Below are positions 25,134 to 39,400 of a DNA stretch of 64,000 nucleotides, piece after piece. Position numbers and translations under genes: made by a program. Numbering within the stretch: the first letter of the stretch is position 1; every line of letters begins with the position of its first letter. Origin of the DNA: Octopus vulgaris (lineage: Eukaryota); assembly GCA_951406725.2 (NCBI GenBank), contig OX597840.1, positions 17,918,001 to 17,982,000 on the forward strand, given 5' to 3'. The notes under the pieces are model-generated. The model worked only from the letters and a program-made list of their open reading frames with translations. It searched no databases and was not told the origin of the DNA.

Positions 25134-27085
25134 GAAGCCCATCGTATATATGTATATATATATGTGTGTGTGTATATGTTTGTGTGCCTGTGTATGTCCC
25201 CCCAACATCGCTTGACAACCGATGCTGGTGTGTTTACATCACTGTAATTTAGTGGTTCAGCAAAAGAGTTTGATAGAATAAGTACTAGGCTTACAAGAAT
25301 AAGTCCTGGGGTCGATTTGCTCGACTAAAGGCAGTGCTCCAGCATGTCCGCAGTCAAATGATTGAAATAAGTAAAAGAGTAAAAGATATATATATTCTTT
25401 ACTTTTATTTGTTCCAGTCATTTGACTGTGGCCATGCTGGAGCACCACCTTTAGTCAAATAAATCGACCCCAGAACGTATTCTTTGAAAGCCTAGTACTT
25501 ATTCTATCAGTCTCTTTTGCCAAACTGCTAAGTTACGGGGACGTAAACACACCATCATTGGTTGTCAAGCAATGTTGGGGGACAAACACAAGCACACAAG
25601 CACACACACACACTGACAATACACATGCACACACACACACGCACATACACACACACACATATATACGACAAGCTTCTTTCTGTTTCCGTCTACTATATCC
25701 ACTCACAAGGCTGTGGTCGACTCATGGCTTTTGTAGAAGATACTTACCCAAGGTGCCACGTAATGGGACTGGACCGGGAACCATGTGGTTGATAAGCAAG
25801 CTACTTGCCACACAGTCATTCCTAGGCACCCACGCCGGTGGCATGTGTAAAAGATTCGAGCAAGGTCGTTGCTAGTGCTGCCTGACTGCCCCTCGTGCCG
25901 GTGACATGTAAAAAGCACCCACTACACTCTCAGAGTGGTTGGCGTTAGGAAGGGCATCCAGCTGTAGAAACTCTGCCGGATCAAGATTGAAGCCTGGTGC
26001 AGCCATCTGGTTTGCCAGCCCTCAGTCATACGTCCAACCCATGCTAGCATGGAAAGCGGACGCTAAACGATGATGATGATAATGGTGATGAAGTGTGCAG
26101 CAAAGCCCCTCCCAGATTTACCAGACAAAATATTACATCATAACTTTCTGTCAATATATATTTTCTTTTATATCTATTCTCAACATCTTCCTAACTATTT
26201 CTGTGACAAACTAGAATCAATATTTTTTTTACAACTTATTCATATGTCACATGACTAGAATAAATATATTCAGCAGTTTGACCTTTTTCTCACTGGATAA
26301 CATTTAACGCTTACAAGAGTTGACTGGAATTCATGAAGTGGCAGTAAATGTGTTCTGATTTCTTTGACTTTTTTGTGGTGGGTCTGGGATTTTTGTTTCT
26401 TTTTTTTTTCTCCATAGGCGCAGGAGTGGCTGTGTGGTAAGAAGCTTGCTTACCAACCACATGGTTCCGGGTTCAATCCCACTGCATGGCACCTTGGGCA
26501 AGTGTCTTCTACTATAGCCTCGGGTCGACCAAAGCCTTGTGAGTGGATTCGGTAGATGGAAACTGAAAGAAGCCCGTCATATATATGTATATATATGTAT
26601 CTGTGTTTGTGTGTCTGTGTTTGTCCCCCTAGCATTGCTTGACAACCGATGCTGGTGTGTTTATGTCCCTGTCACTTAGCGGTTCGGCAAAAAGAGACCG
26701 ATAGAATAAGTACTAGGCTTACAAAGAATAAGACCCAGGTTCGATTTGCTCGATTAAAGGCGCTGCTCCAGCATGGCTGCAGTCAAATGACTGAAACAAG
26801 TAAAAGAGAGTAAAGAATAACTTGATCTTTTTCTTTACTTTTGATGTGGTTTTCTTTCTTTCTTTCTTATGAATATTGTCTTTTAGTCTTTTACTTGTTT
26901 CAGTCATTTGACTGTGGCCATGCTGGAGCATTGCCTTTAGTTAAACGTATCGACCACAGGACTTATTCTTTGCAAGCCTCACGCTTATTCTATCCATCTC
27001 TTTTGCCACACTGCTAAGTTACAGGGACATAAACACACCAACATCGGTTGTCAAGCAATGGTGAGGGGACAAACACAGACACACA
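25134..27085. mobile_element. Two tail-to-tail inverted pairs of family A SINEs (25134-25385/25398-25825 and 26417-26815/26885-27085)
   Basis: Direct comparison of copies and orientations. Confidence 0.85.
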
Positions 27086-27091
27086 AATACG

Positions 27092-27145
<54 letters not shown>

Positions 27146-27154
27146 TATTATATG

Positions 27155-27560
27155 TAGAAAAATACAAACTGGGACAAGAACGTAAAACATTTAGAAGACG
27201 ATACAAAAAACACGGATGGGACATTCGAAGCTTCAATCTTCAGTCAAGAACCGGATCATCCTAGCAATTTCGGCTGATTAATCTTGAGATCGCTCCGATC
27301 CTGCCAGCCCCAAGGAAAAACTAAGCTACGAGCATTAGATTTCTTGGAAGAAGGATCGAATGTATACGAAACAGGGACAGAAAAACGGACGATGCCACAC
27401 GAATATAAAATACAAAAAACAATAATGGTAAAAACAGGACAAAAACAGCGGGTGTCTTACGACTAATAAACAGTACAATAAGTTTAGCTGGCGTATTTGG
27501 AAATACACACACACATACGTATAAACAGGTTTGGCCAAAAGTCACCTGACAGTAAATCAA
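27155..27560. mobile_element. (TA)n-embedded element, same family as 9655-10010
   Basis: Near identity over ~350 bp. Confidence 0.7.
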
Positions 27561-28653
27561 AACCGTTTAATTCCAAGATTTATTTATGTTTAACAACTGA
27601 ATGAATTTAATAAAAGCATCTCAATATGAAACATCATAAAACTGTTTTATTTCAATCATTAGACTGTGGCAGTACTCTATGTATATATGTGTATATATAT
27701 GTGTGTGTGTGTATGTATACATAATATAGATATATAGGTATATATACAGACACACACACACCCCGGATGTGTCTATAATTGGTTCACACTTGTTAAGAAA
27801 CAACAGTGCAACCCTTGGTAGTCATGGTGATTAGTCTCTTGAGTATGTCTATTAACAGCAGCAGCAGCAGCAGTAGTAGATGCTTGGTGGTGGGGTAGGG
27901 TGCGATGGTGGGGGACTGATATTAATGTTGGTGGTGGTGTTGGTGGTGGTGTTGGTGGTGGTGGTGATAGCGGTGGATGAGGTGTGTGTGTGCAGGAGTG
28001 TGGCATTGCAGGATGCAGTAATGATGCATTCTGATGAAGTATACATCTGCTGATAGTAATATAGTGTTGATGTTGGTGGTGCTGCTGCTACTGATGTTGA
28101 TGGTGATATTGTTGTTGTTATTGGGGGGGGTACGATTATTGTGGTGGTGGTCGTCGTGGGGTGTGATAGTGGAGATCATGGTGATGGTGGCGAAGGTGGC
28201 AATGATGGTGGTGGTGGTGGTGGTGGTGGTGGTAGTGGTAGTGACAGTGATGGTGGTGGTAGCGGTAGTAATGATGATGGTGGTGAGGTTGGTGGCAGGC
28301 GGGGATGGTGGTGTCTGTACAGTGTGGAGTGATATGACTGTCACAAAGCAGTCTTGGTAGAATTGTGGTATAGCCACCTGCTAGACATAGTAACCAGAAA
28401 TACCTACCGAATTATAACCTAAGACCTTAAACATCTTTCTAAAAGAAATATGAGACAGGATGGTCGTGGCTTGATAGCACTGATCATAGCTTTGCTCAAT
28501 CAGCGCTAAACAGCAACAACAACAACAACAGCAACAACAATAACAATAACAAGAGCTAAACTAAATGACTTGTGATGTTCATGCAGGTAGATATAATGAA
28601 GTGAACCACAAATTAATGCTAATTATATCTCTAGCTATCTATCTCTTGTATAC

Positions 28654-28693
<40 letters not shown>

Positions 28694-28763
28694 GTATATG
28701 TATATATATATATATTTTACATCAGGTAATGCTATATAATGCTGACAATCTATCTATCAATCT

Positions 28764-28824
<61 letters not shown>

Positions 28825-29231
28825 GGGTGTGCTAGATGTGTGCTATACACTCAATACATCAACGACTGTATATCTATCTATGTGTTTGTGTGTGTTTATT
28901 TGTGTGCCTGTATGTGCATATGTGTGCATGCGCACATGCACTACTATACAGAGAGGGACATGTTTATGTATATATATATACATACACAGACATATATATA
29001 TATATATACATATACACATATATATATATATATATATCCACATGTACATACATACACATACATGCACATCATACATACTCATAAATCCATCTATCCATCC
29101 ATCCATACATACATACATGCACATATGTGAGCAAATATATACAAAAAATAGTTCTCAAATACCAGAAGTAGATTAAAATATGGAGATTTATTACAACTAA
29201 AAAATGCTTACAACTGTTATTCAATGAATTT

Positions 29232-29269
29232 CTGTCTGATGATCAGAAACATGAAACACTGGGTGACAG
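29232..29269 (+). ncRNA. Degenerate minimal hammerhead motif (related to 42242-42279)
   Basis: CTGT-CTGATGA-TCA GAAA CAT-GAAA-CAC T GGG-TG-ACAG. Stem I and the core are intact; stems II and III and the cleavage base have decayed. Confidence 0.5.
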
Positions 29270-29545
29270 TTTTAAAAGCTTTCTAGCTTCAGTGAAACTC
29301 TGTCTGCCAGAACACTTTATTGTACAATTTACCATGTAGATAATTACTCGTGGATGATTAGCAACTGGCTATTGCTTTACCATGCATTGGCGTCTCTGAG
29401 TAATTATATATATTAAAAAAAAAAACAGAAAAGTTCTGTCTCTTCTGAAGAGACAGTTTCATGTTGATGGAAATAACGCCAGCAGTTTGTTTTTTTAACA
29501 ACAGCTTGTGATTTAACTGAAAGTAATGATGTGGCTCAGCGGAAG

Positions 29546-29581
<36 letters not shown>

Positions 29582-29627
29582 ATGTGCGTGTGTGTGGTTG
29601 CTTGTTTTTGCATGCGTGTATGTGTGA

Positions 29628-29660
<33 letters not shown>

Positions 29661-30181
29661 CATACATACACACATACACACATACAACACACATATTCAT
29701 ATATATATAGCTCTATAGACAACTTGATGTGCATGTGTATATGTGTATTTGAGTGTGTGTGTGTGTGTGTGCAGGTGGGCATGTTGCGTGGGTAGATGTA
29801 CATTTCAGTTTCTAAGTGGGTGTATATATTTCAGTGTATGAATCAGTATTTAGGTGTGTATATGTGTGCATTTCTGTGTGTAGTTATACTTTTGGAAGTG
29901 CATTGTGACCAGCGATGTATAACAACATCTAATTGTTTGGTTGATGTGTGTGTGTGTGTGTTCAGAGTACACACTCTGTGATTGTTTAATTTCTTTCTAT
30001 TTTCTTTCAATCAACCACGTAATCTACTTGTCTGACTTCATATATTGTTTAATTCTTCATCTACTTTTTACCATATAATCTTCTTCACTCTCCTTCATGT
30101 TCTTTGTATAGTATTTTGTAGTATTACTTCAAATTTAAAAAAAAATACCATTCGATATGTTATACAAAATTCATATTTTAT

Positions 30182-30258
30182 ATCTCTGAAGAGCAGAAGA
30201 GCTTATCAATATAGGATTTCATTATAGGGACAAAACTTCTGTGAAACGAGCCTAAGAT
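30182..30258 (+). ncRNA. Hammerhead-like motif with long stem II
   Basis: ATCT-CTGAAGA-GCAGAAG...CTTCTGT-GAAA-CGAGCC-TA-AGAT. Confidence 0.55.
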
Positions 30259-30450
30259 GCTTTAAAAACTTAATTCAAAACTTTTAAATTGTCATATACA
30301 TTATATATTTATACTTATACATATTTACATATATTTTTATACATATATTTATATATTTTTAATACAACAATTATTTTACACACGTATATATCTTTCTGAA
30401 GAATTCTCTAATATTGATTTCCTGATATTAATAAACATATATTATAAAAA

Positions 30451-30498
<48 letters not shown>

Positions 30499-30537
30499 GT
30501 ATGTATGTATGTATGTATTCACTCACACACACACACA

Positions 30538-30580
<43 letters not shown>

Positions 30581-31019
30581 ACACACACTCACACACACAC
30601 TCACACACACACACACACTCACACACACACACACAAACACACATATATATATCATCATCATCATTTAATGTCTGTTGTCCATGCTGGCATGAGTTGGGCA
30701 GTTTGACTGGGCTGGCATGCTGGGAGGCTGCGCCAAGATCCAGTCTGATTTGGCATGGTTTTCTACGGCTGGATGCCCTTCCTAATGACAACCACTCTGA
30801 GAGTGTAATGGATACTTTTAGGTGCCACCAGCACGGGTACCATTTGCATTACACCGGGATATGTTTATTTGCCACCAGCATGGGTGCCACTCTGCGTGAC
30901 ACCAGTGTCTGTCACAACTGCCATTTTGCTCGGCTTCATGGGTCTTCTTCTCAAGCATGACATTATGCCAAAGGTCTTGGTCATACATATGTATGTATAT
31001 ATATGCATATGTATATTTT

Positions 31020-31494
31020 CAGTCACCAGACTGCGACCATACTGGGACACCATCTTGAGGAATTTTAGTCAAAATAATTGACCCCGGTACTTAATTAATT
31101 TTTATCAGTTTCTTTTGTCAAACCACTAGGTTATGAGGACATAAAAACACCAACACTGTTTGTCAAGTGGCAGTGGGGAACAAACACAAATACACACACA
31201 TTCAATGGGCTTCTTTCAGATTCTGTTTACCAAATCCACTCTCAAGGCTTTGGTTGGCCTGAGGTTATGGTAAAAGATACTTGCCCCAAGGTGCCACGCA
31301 ATGAAACTGAACTTGGTAACAAGAGATTTGGAAGTAAACTTCTTATCACAAAAAATATGTGGTGCTCCAGTATGACCACAATCACATGGTTCCAGGTTCA
31401 GTCCCACTGTGCGGGTCCTTGAGCAAGTGTCTTCTACCATAGCATTGGGCTAAACAAAGACGGAAATTGAAAGAAGCTCATTGTATATATATAT

Positions 31495-31554
<60 letters not shown>

Positions 31555-31774
31555 ATGTATGTATTTATGTGTGTGTCTGTGTTTGTCTCCCTGCCATTGC
31601 TTGACAACCGATGTTGGTCTGTTTACGTCCCTGTAACTTAGCAGTTTGGCAAAAGAGATTGATAGGATAAGTACTAGGCTTACAAAGAATAAGTCCTGGC
31701 ATTGATTTCTATACTAACACCCATTAAGGTGGTACTCCAGCATGGCCACAGTCAAATGATCGAAACAAGTAAAA

Positions 31775-31778
<4 letters not shown>
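31020..31778. mobile_element. Divergent inverted pair of family A SINEs (31020-31330 on -, 31383-31778 on +)
   Basis: Family motifs present in both orientations. Confidence 0.75.
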
Positions 31779-31813
<35 letters not shown>

Positions 31814-32078
31814 TTCCAAGAGAGTTAGAGGTTGTGAATCCAACCAACTAAGGGATAATATCTATCCAATCTACTGCTGGTAGAATACCCAATTATTAAT
31901 ACACAAGTGTTTTCTTTATTGCATTGTACTAAATGGGTGAGTGTAAAGAGTTGTTTTACCATTAATTTATAGAGCAATAAGAAAATGGAAGGGATCAATA
32001 GGTGGTAGTCATCAACTTTTAGATATTATATTATGTGAATTTATTTATTTATTTACTAAAATGACAATTATATATATA

Positions 32079-32115
<37 letters not shown>

Positions 32116-33088
32116 GTGCCAACCTCAGAGCAAAGACAGATTCAATCATTTGCTTCTAAATGTATAAACATACTCTACTACATGTATTGAGTACATTTTC
32201 TTCTTCCATTTGTGAAATTCAGCCGCATACCTTTGTATTTTTCTATTTATTTGTGTGTGTGTGTTTGTGCAGTGATGACCTAGACGAATCCCAGATGTAT
32301 TGTATCTGTTGTGTGTCTATATACCTGTATGTAGATACAGTTATCTACCTGTCTAATTAGATATATCACCTAACTCTGCCCCACTAGCTACCTGTCTCTC
32401 TCCCTCTCTTTCTTGCTTATACCGAATAAGTAAACATACACACACCCACATACATATGTAATATGCATATACATACATGTGAAATTTTCCGTATGGATGT
32501 ATATTGTGTATACATGTATATAAGTGTATGTACATATGTATGTATATTTATATTTATGAATGTGTGTGTATATGTGTGTGTGGGTGCATGTGTGTATATA
32601 TATTTGTATGTATCATATCGAATTGTTTATTTATATCCATAACATACATATAACATGTGTGTTTACTCAGACACATACACCCACAGCTCCACCACCACAT
32701 ACATGCATACACATGTATGCAAATACATATGTGTATGTATATATGCATACACACACACATACACACATGTTATTTGTTTACAGACACACACACATACACC
32801 TACAAACCCAACATAATCATAATTTCTTTGGGAAGAACGGAGCCAAAACTGTGGCTTATTTTACCAGGAGTATGTTTTCATTGACTGCAATGTAAGGCTT
32901 TAATGTAAATAGTTCTCTGTTTCGGCGGAAGGATATGACTTGTGTTTAGATGTGGTATGTATATATTAAGAGATGCATAGAAGATGTAATTTATGTTTAA
33001 TATTTATACATACTTGTGTGTATGCATGTGTGTGTGTGTGTATACATAAATCTATATATATGTATGTAAGTATGTATGTGCGTGTATG

Positions 33089-33129
<41 letters not shown>

Positions 33130-33130
33130 G

Positions 33131-33461
33131 GTAAAGACCCCCTTCGGTCATGAATGACCATGGGATTGGATCTAGAAAGTTACCCTCCTAGACACAAGTC
33201 CGGGCAAGGTTGTTTATGGAAGGCCAGCAGTCGCCCATGCATACCAGCCTCCCCTCTCCACGCCACCAGTGTTATCCTAGGGAAAGACAAAGGTCGATAC
33301 AGCTTGGCACCAGTGACGTCGCAACTCATTTCTACAGCTGAGTGAACTGGAGCAACGTGAAATAAAGTGCCTTGCTCAAGAACACAACACGCAGCCCGGT
33401 CCGGGATTCGAGCTCACAACCTCACGATCGTAAGCTTGTCGCTCTAACCACTGAGCCATGC
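33131..33461 (-). mobile_element. Meta-domain-like tRNA SINE, abutting a truncated H1 element (33461-33525)
   Basis: Head CGCATGGCTCAGTGGTTAGAGCG...GAGCTCGAATCCCGG, then GTGTTGTGTTCTTGAGCAAGGCACTTTA. Confidence 0.8.
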
Positions 33462-33867
33462 GGAGCTCTTCGTCAGAAACATAGGAGAAGGAAAGATCCA
33501 GAGAAGGGAAGACGGAGGAAAAAAAACATGGTTTTTGGCTGTGTTCAGGATAGCATATTGGTAGTAATAAGTTTAGTCAGAAGAAAGGACGGTGTAGTTC
33601 CTTAGTTTATTTATTATACAAGGTTGACTTTGCCTTTCATCCTATCAGGCTTGGTATATTACGTACCAGTTGCGTACTGGGGTCAATCTAATCGACTGCC
33701 CCCCCCCCTCCCGCAAAATTTCAGGCCTTGTGCTTAGAGTAGAAAAGATTAGACAGGAACAGAAAATCTTCAAATTTTCCAAGGAAATGAAACAAAATGG
33801 AAAGAAATAAAATAAGATAAATATTTATAGGTGCAGTTACCTCCTTTGACAGTGGTTTTACACAAGC

Positions 33868-33883
33868 TGCCACTAGATGGCAC
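33868..33883 (+). promoter_or_regulatory. CTCF core-like site
   Basis: TGCCACTAGATGGCAC matches the CCACYAGRKGGCR consensus and lies in unique DNA. Confidence 0.45.
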
Positions 33884-35431
33884 TTGAGTGGTGAGATTCT
33901 AACATGAGGCCTTGCGACTTCCTCTTTTGACATCTAGACATCGGAGAGCAAGGCCATGGTCCAGCTGGCTCTCTTACAACATGCAGTGACCAGCAGACAA
34001 GAGGTAACTCACAGAAGAAGATAATGGCTTCCATGCACCAATCTCTTTCCATTTATTATTCAACTTATATGTTTGTGTGTGAGGCCAACATTAAAGGTAT
34101 TAAGAGTTACAGCCTTGTTCTATGTATATCTATATAGGCTTTAAATCAAACTATGGATAGTTTTATCCTGTTCATGCTATATTGTTAGGATTATCCTGGC
34201 GTTTGAGTTAAAAATTATTTCCTTATCCGTATCTTTCAATACATCTCAGTGCTTCGAAAGCAAACTTTGCTGACTTTCAATGTAAGTTGAATTTAACTAT
34301 TGAACCAATAGTTGTCTTTTAGAAGTTTGGTTCCAGCCAGCCGAGATGAAACCAAAAGCAATTTCCAGACGTTTGTTTCATATGCTTATAGTTAAGCTCA
34401 GAAAGCCTGCAGGAAATGCTTAGATCTTGGCATCGGGCATCAAGGGCAGAACATGTATATAGTTATATGTGAGGAATTTAAACTTTGGATCATAGACATA
34501 AAACCAAAAATTAGTTGCTTGTAATTTTACTTTGGTTTCCTAAATACTGTCATAGAAATTATATCACATCGAATTATTCTGGTAAAATATTGTGTTATTG
34601 ATTCCGCAACTGGTGGAATTTAGAGAACTGCTTAAAATACATGGTCAGTTATGTTAGATATTTGCCAGGAAATCTACATACAAGACTGGCATATAGCTTA
34701 TAGTGCTAACCATCCAAGCCAAGCAGTTTTGCCTTCATGCAACCAACCATCGTTTATTATATAACCTAGTATATATAAATCACAGTATGTGTGAGTATAT
34801 TGGCCAACGCATACATTTCCGTAATTCTCAACCAATCTTCACCAAACTTTACACACATTCCTTATGTCCCAAGAACTGTTATGCACTATCACATTTTGCC
34901 CAGAGGTCCTGCATAAAGGGACAAACTGGGAAAAACGGTGATTTACAAGGGTTTCTCTCTAATTTGTTGTCTGTACATAGTTTTTTGTATGTAGGGGCTT
35001 CTATAGGGTCGTATATTGGCATTAGAGAATATTTTTTAGTAGTTTTCACATCTTTTTTTATTTATGTGTTGTAATTGTGTATTATTTCTTGGTTAGAGAA
35101 TATTATAAAAGTGAAGGGATTTTGTCTATTCATTTATTTCAACTGTCCACCAGCAATGGTGATTAAAATTGACCAGGAACAATGTACGTGATGAATATCC
35201 AATACCAAACAATCTTAATCTGCATATTTAAACTGCATTAAACTTTGGCAAGCTTACCTTTACCTGTTCTGAGTTAGTTGAAAGGTGATGTTCCCTTCCC
35301 TCTCTTCTGATTGTTGATACCTTTTTTTTTTACCTTTGATACCATTGTTTCACTTCAAGGATGCTTCTTTACCCATCCATTATGATATTTTGAACATGAC
35401 ATCTTTTCACTGCGAACTGCTGAAGATTCAA

Positions 35432-35693
35432 AGCATGATACCAATAGTAATTGGTGCACTTGGAAGTACCAGCCCTCAACTAGCAGCATGGCTAAAAGAG
35501 ACTGGTTCAAGTGTGAAAGTAGAACACTTACAAAAAAATCAGCATTGCTTGGAACTGCATGAATTCTTCACAGATTACTTGAAGCATGACAAGTAAACAA
35601 GTGTCACCTTTGTCTGCTGGTCGCGGACAGCTGACACTTTCCATCATACCCAGCAAAAGAAGCTGTGAGTTTTCATCACATAATAATAATAAT
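35432..35693 (+). mobile_element. 3' end of an R4/Dong-like element (subfamily C) with (TAA)n tail
   Basis: IPIVIGALGSTSPQLAAWLKETGSSVKVEHLQK/ALLGTA, followed by a UTR and TAATAATAATAAT. Confidence 0.7.
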
Positions 35694-35704
35694 CAGGTGT
35701 ACTG

Positions 35705-38324
35705 CTGAATTTTGAAAAGAATATCAGTGTACCACAAGTGAAAGAGGGTTGTGGAGCAATCAGGTCTAAGGGCCTAATTCTAATCTTTGTTGTGGCCGGC
35801 TGTCAATAAGTAAATATTATTGGATGCAGTGCATTGGTGTACTCAGTGGCCTTTATTGTTGTTAAGGTGGCTCTGTATATAACCACAGTCACTTGGCATC
35901 ATTCATCTGGGGCATGGTTGGACAGACTGACAAGGCAGTAAAAGCAGGCAGTCCAGATACGATTATCAAGATCACGGAAACACATGAAACTTTAGGCCCT
36001 GTCATCATCATCATCATCATCATCATTTAACGTCCACTTTCAATGCTAGCATGGGTTGGACGTTTTGACTGAGGATTGGCGAACCAGATGGCCGCAGCTT
36101 TCTACAGCTGGATGCCCTTTCTAATGCCAACCACTCTGAGAGTGTAGTGGGTGCTTTTATGTGCCACCGACATATAGGGCCAGTCAGGCGGTACTGGCAA
36201 CGGCCACGCTCAAATGGTGTTTTTTTACATGCCACATGCACAGGAGCCAGTCCAGCGGCACTGGCAACGACCTCGCTCGAATGTTCTTTTGGTTTTTTTT
36301 AGAGATACACGAGGTAATTCCTTAGAGACATAAGGACACAATAGTCACGACTAGTATGCTTTTGATAACCGGTCTACTGGATCAAGGCTGACCTATTGCT
36401 AAAGAAGCAACAACAATGGAAGGGTTCGAATAGAAATTAACAGCTCAAAATGGTACAAATGAATCCAAAAGACAGAAAAAACATCAACAATGACATCATC
36501 ATCATCATCATCATCATCAAACAACAACTATCTAACATTTATAATAATGGTCCTGGCACCAGTTTGGCTGCAGAAAGTTACAGGAAGGAAGAAAGGAAAG
36601 GAAGTCCAAGTACAACTTGTAACTCCTTTTAAATACTGCCATTTCCTTTGAGATTTATAATAGTAATAACAACAGTAGTAGTAATGATGGTGGTGATGGT
36701 GGTGGTGGTGGTGGTAATGATGATGATGGTGGTGGTAGTGGTGGTGGTGGTGGTGGTGGTGGTGGTGGTGGTAGTGGTGGTGGTGGTGGTGGTGGTGGTG
36801 GTGGTGGTGGTGGTGGTGGTGGTGGTGGTGGTGGTGGTGGTTGTGGTTTATTTATTGACCACAATGGGTTTACAGCAAGAAAAACATTATGGACAGTACA
36901 GGACAAAACATTGAATGTGTGTGTGTGTGTGTGTGTAGCAGCAGCAGTGGTAGAGGTGGTGGTGGTGGTGGTGGTGGTGGCAGCATCAGCATCATCAGCA
37001 GCAGCAGTAGTAGTAATGGTAGTAGTAGCTGTAGCAGTAGTAGTAGTGGCAGGTCACTCCTCCTCATCCACAGCCACTGGTCCTCTGTATCTGTTTTGAC
37101 GTTCACATCTCTTGCAAACTGACCACCAGAGTAGGATAGTTACCAAAGGGATCCATGAATGGTTGAGAACTCCTGCACTTGACAGAATAGCACTGCCTAT
37201 TCTGCCTCTTGCCTGAGGTGGGTGATGGGGTGACTTTTAGGATGGACTCAGCCAATAGTTGTATTCATCCTACAAGCGACAAGAGCTGTTCAACAAAACT
37301 CCAAAAGGTCAGCAATCACTTGGCCACTGCCCAAGTGATTGCAGGATGGTTTGCTCTGCGTGGATTTCAAACAGCCCAACTTGGTTCCATATCCATCCTT
37401 GGAAAGTGCTATTCGGTAGGCCAGACCAGGCCAAGCCAAGCCAGACTAGGGATTCCTAGAAGTCATCCTTAGAAGTCTCTGGTCCAAAAGTCCTGCAAAA
37501 CTGACCAGTTATTTCATCCTCATCAACACTTAGAATTTCCCTGTGAACATCATTGCTTTTACCCACCAAATAATAATAATCCTTTCTACAAGAAGAAATC
37601 TTGACTGGACAGGACCCTTCAGATGTTAGGATCCCAGGGCCGCAATCTTACTTTGAGTTATTATTGATTCCTGATTTTCACATAAGTTCACACGGTTAGC
37701 CCTACACTACATTGACAGACTGTTTTGAATTCTGACATAAGGCCAAAAATTTCAAGGGGCAGGGAAGCCAATTAAATCAACCCAAGACTCAACTGTCAAC
37801 AAAAAAATACTATAGGGCCCAGTGCATTGATTTACCCTGGGGTGAGGGGCTTTGTTGTTGCTAAGACAGCTCTGTATATAACTACAGAGATTTGACATCA
37901 TTCATCTAGGACAGAGGTTCTCAGCCATCTTTTATCTGTGGGCCCCCTTTAATTACTATTTTATTCTGATGGACCCACATAGCCAGTCAATGTTTAGAGC
38001 TAGCTTTATAGATACTTCTTTTAGGAAGACTCCCTTTTTTACCCCCCACCCCATAAAATTTTTTTAAAAACTATTACACATTAGTGGAATATTGATTTCC
38101 TACCATGTTTTATAATTATAAGAAGAACTCTCTTTTTACAAGTGACTGTGGCCATGCTGGAGCACCACTTTTAGTCAAGCAAATCGACCCCAGGACTTTG
38201 TAAGCCTAGTGCTAATTCTATCGGTCTCTTTTGCCGAACTGCTAAGTTACGGGGATGTAAACACACCAGCATCGGTTGTCAAGCGATGTTGGGAGGACAA
38301 ACACATACATACATACATATAAAT

Positions 38325-38408
<84 letters not shown>

Positions 38409-38444
38409 CATCATCATCAAATGATGATGATGATGATGATGATG

Positions 38445-38483
<39 letters not shown>

Positions 38484-39400
38484 CATATATACGACGGGCT
38501 TCTTTCAGTTTCCATCTACCAAATCTACTCACAAGGCTTTGGTTGGCTCGAGGCTATATTAGAAGACACTTGTCCAAGTTGCCACGCAGTGGGACTGAAC
38601 CCGGAACCATGTGGTTCGTAAGCAAGCTACTTACCATAAAAATTAGGAATTTCTATTAAATAAACTTCCTTTCTGTATTCTGTAGATTCAGTCCCAAGGT
38701 TAGGCAAATTTCATAGAGTTAGGTAATTAAGGCCTTAACATTAACAAACTGGGACAGGAATATACATAATAGAGAAATGTTGAGAAATCAATTTTCCACC
38801 ATGTGTAATATTTTTTTTTTAAATTTCATTGGTGGGTGAGTGAGTACAAAAGAAGTTTTTCTCTTTTTTCAAAATTCCTCTTTTGTTTTCCACACATTAA
38901 TTTGTGGAGGTTGAAATATGTAAAATTTTAGAGAAAGAAATTTCGCTATTTTTTGCAATACATACCAATGCATACAGCAAAAGCAAGATTTTTTTCAGGA
39001 GCCCTTAAAATGCTATTGTGGATCCCCAATTTACTATTTTATCATGTGGACCCCACAAAAATCTTATATGGACCCTCAGGGGCCATGTGAACTCTCGTTG
39101 AGAACCACTGATCTATGATATGCTTGGACAGGCTAACAAGTCAGTAAAAGCAAGCAGTTCACATACAATTATTAAGAACGTCTGTCGTCTTAAAGATAAA
39201 GAAATACATTAGATAATATATACACAAGGTAATTCCTGACAGACGTAAAGACAGGTTGGTCATGACTAGAGCGTCTTTGACAATGGTTATGCTGGATCGA
39301 GGCTGACCGACTATCAAAGAAGCATCAACAACAGCAACATCAACAATGGAAGGGTTCGAAAAGAACTTAACAGCACGAAATGGTAAAAAGGAATTCAGAC
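35705..39400 (+). repeat. Ancient local duplication (35705-36470 vs 37720-39400), each copy interrupted by different TEs
   Basis: Collinear shared blocks: GCTCTGTATATAAC, CATCATTCATCT, CAGTAAAAGCA, AGGTAATTCCT, AACAATGGAAGGGTTCGAA. Confidence 0.75.
37912..39110. mobile_element. hAT (Charlie/Buster-type) MITE containing a nested family A SINE (38128-38635, -)
   Basis: TIRs CAGAGGTTCTCA / TGAGAACCACTG and an 8-bp TSD ATCTAGGA / ATCTATGA with central TA. Confidence 0.8.

Noticed and set aside
33385-33461. tRNA gene (also at 8415-8487)
   Set aside because: These are SINE heads continuous with SINE bodies; I could not support a complete cloverleaf.
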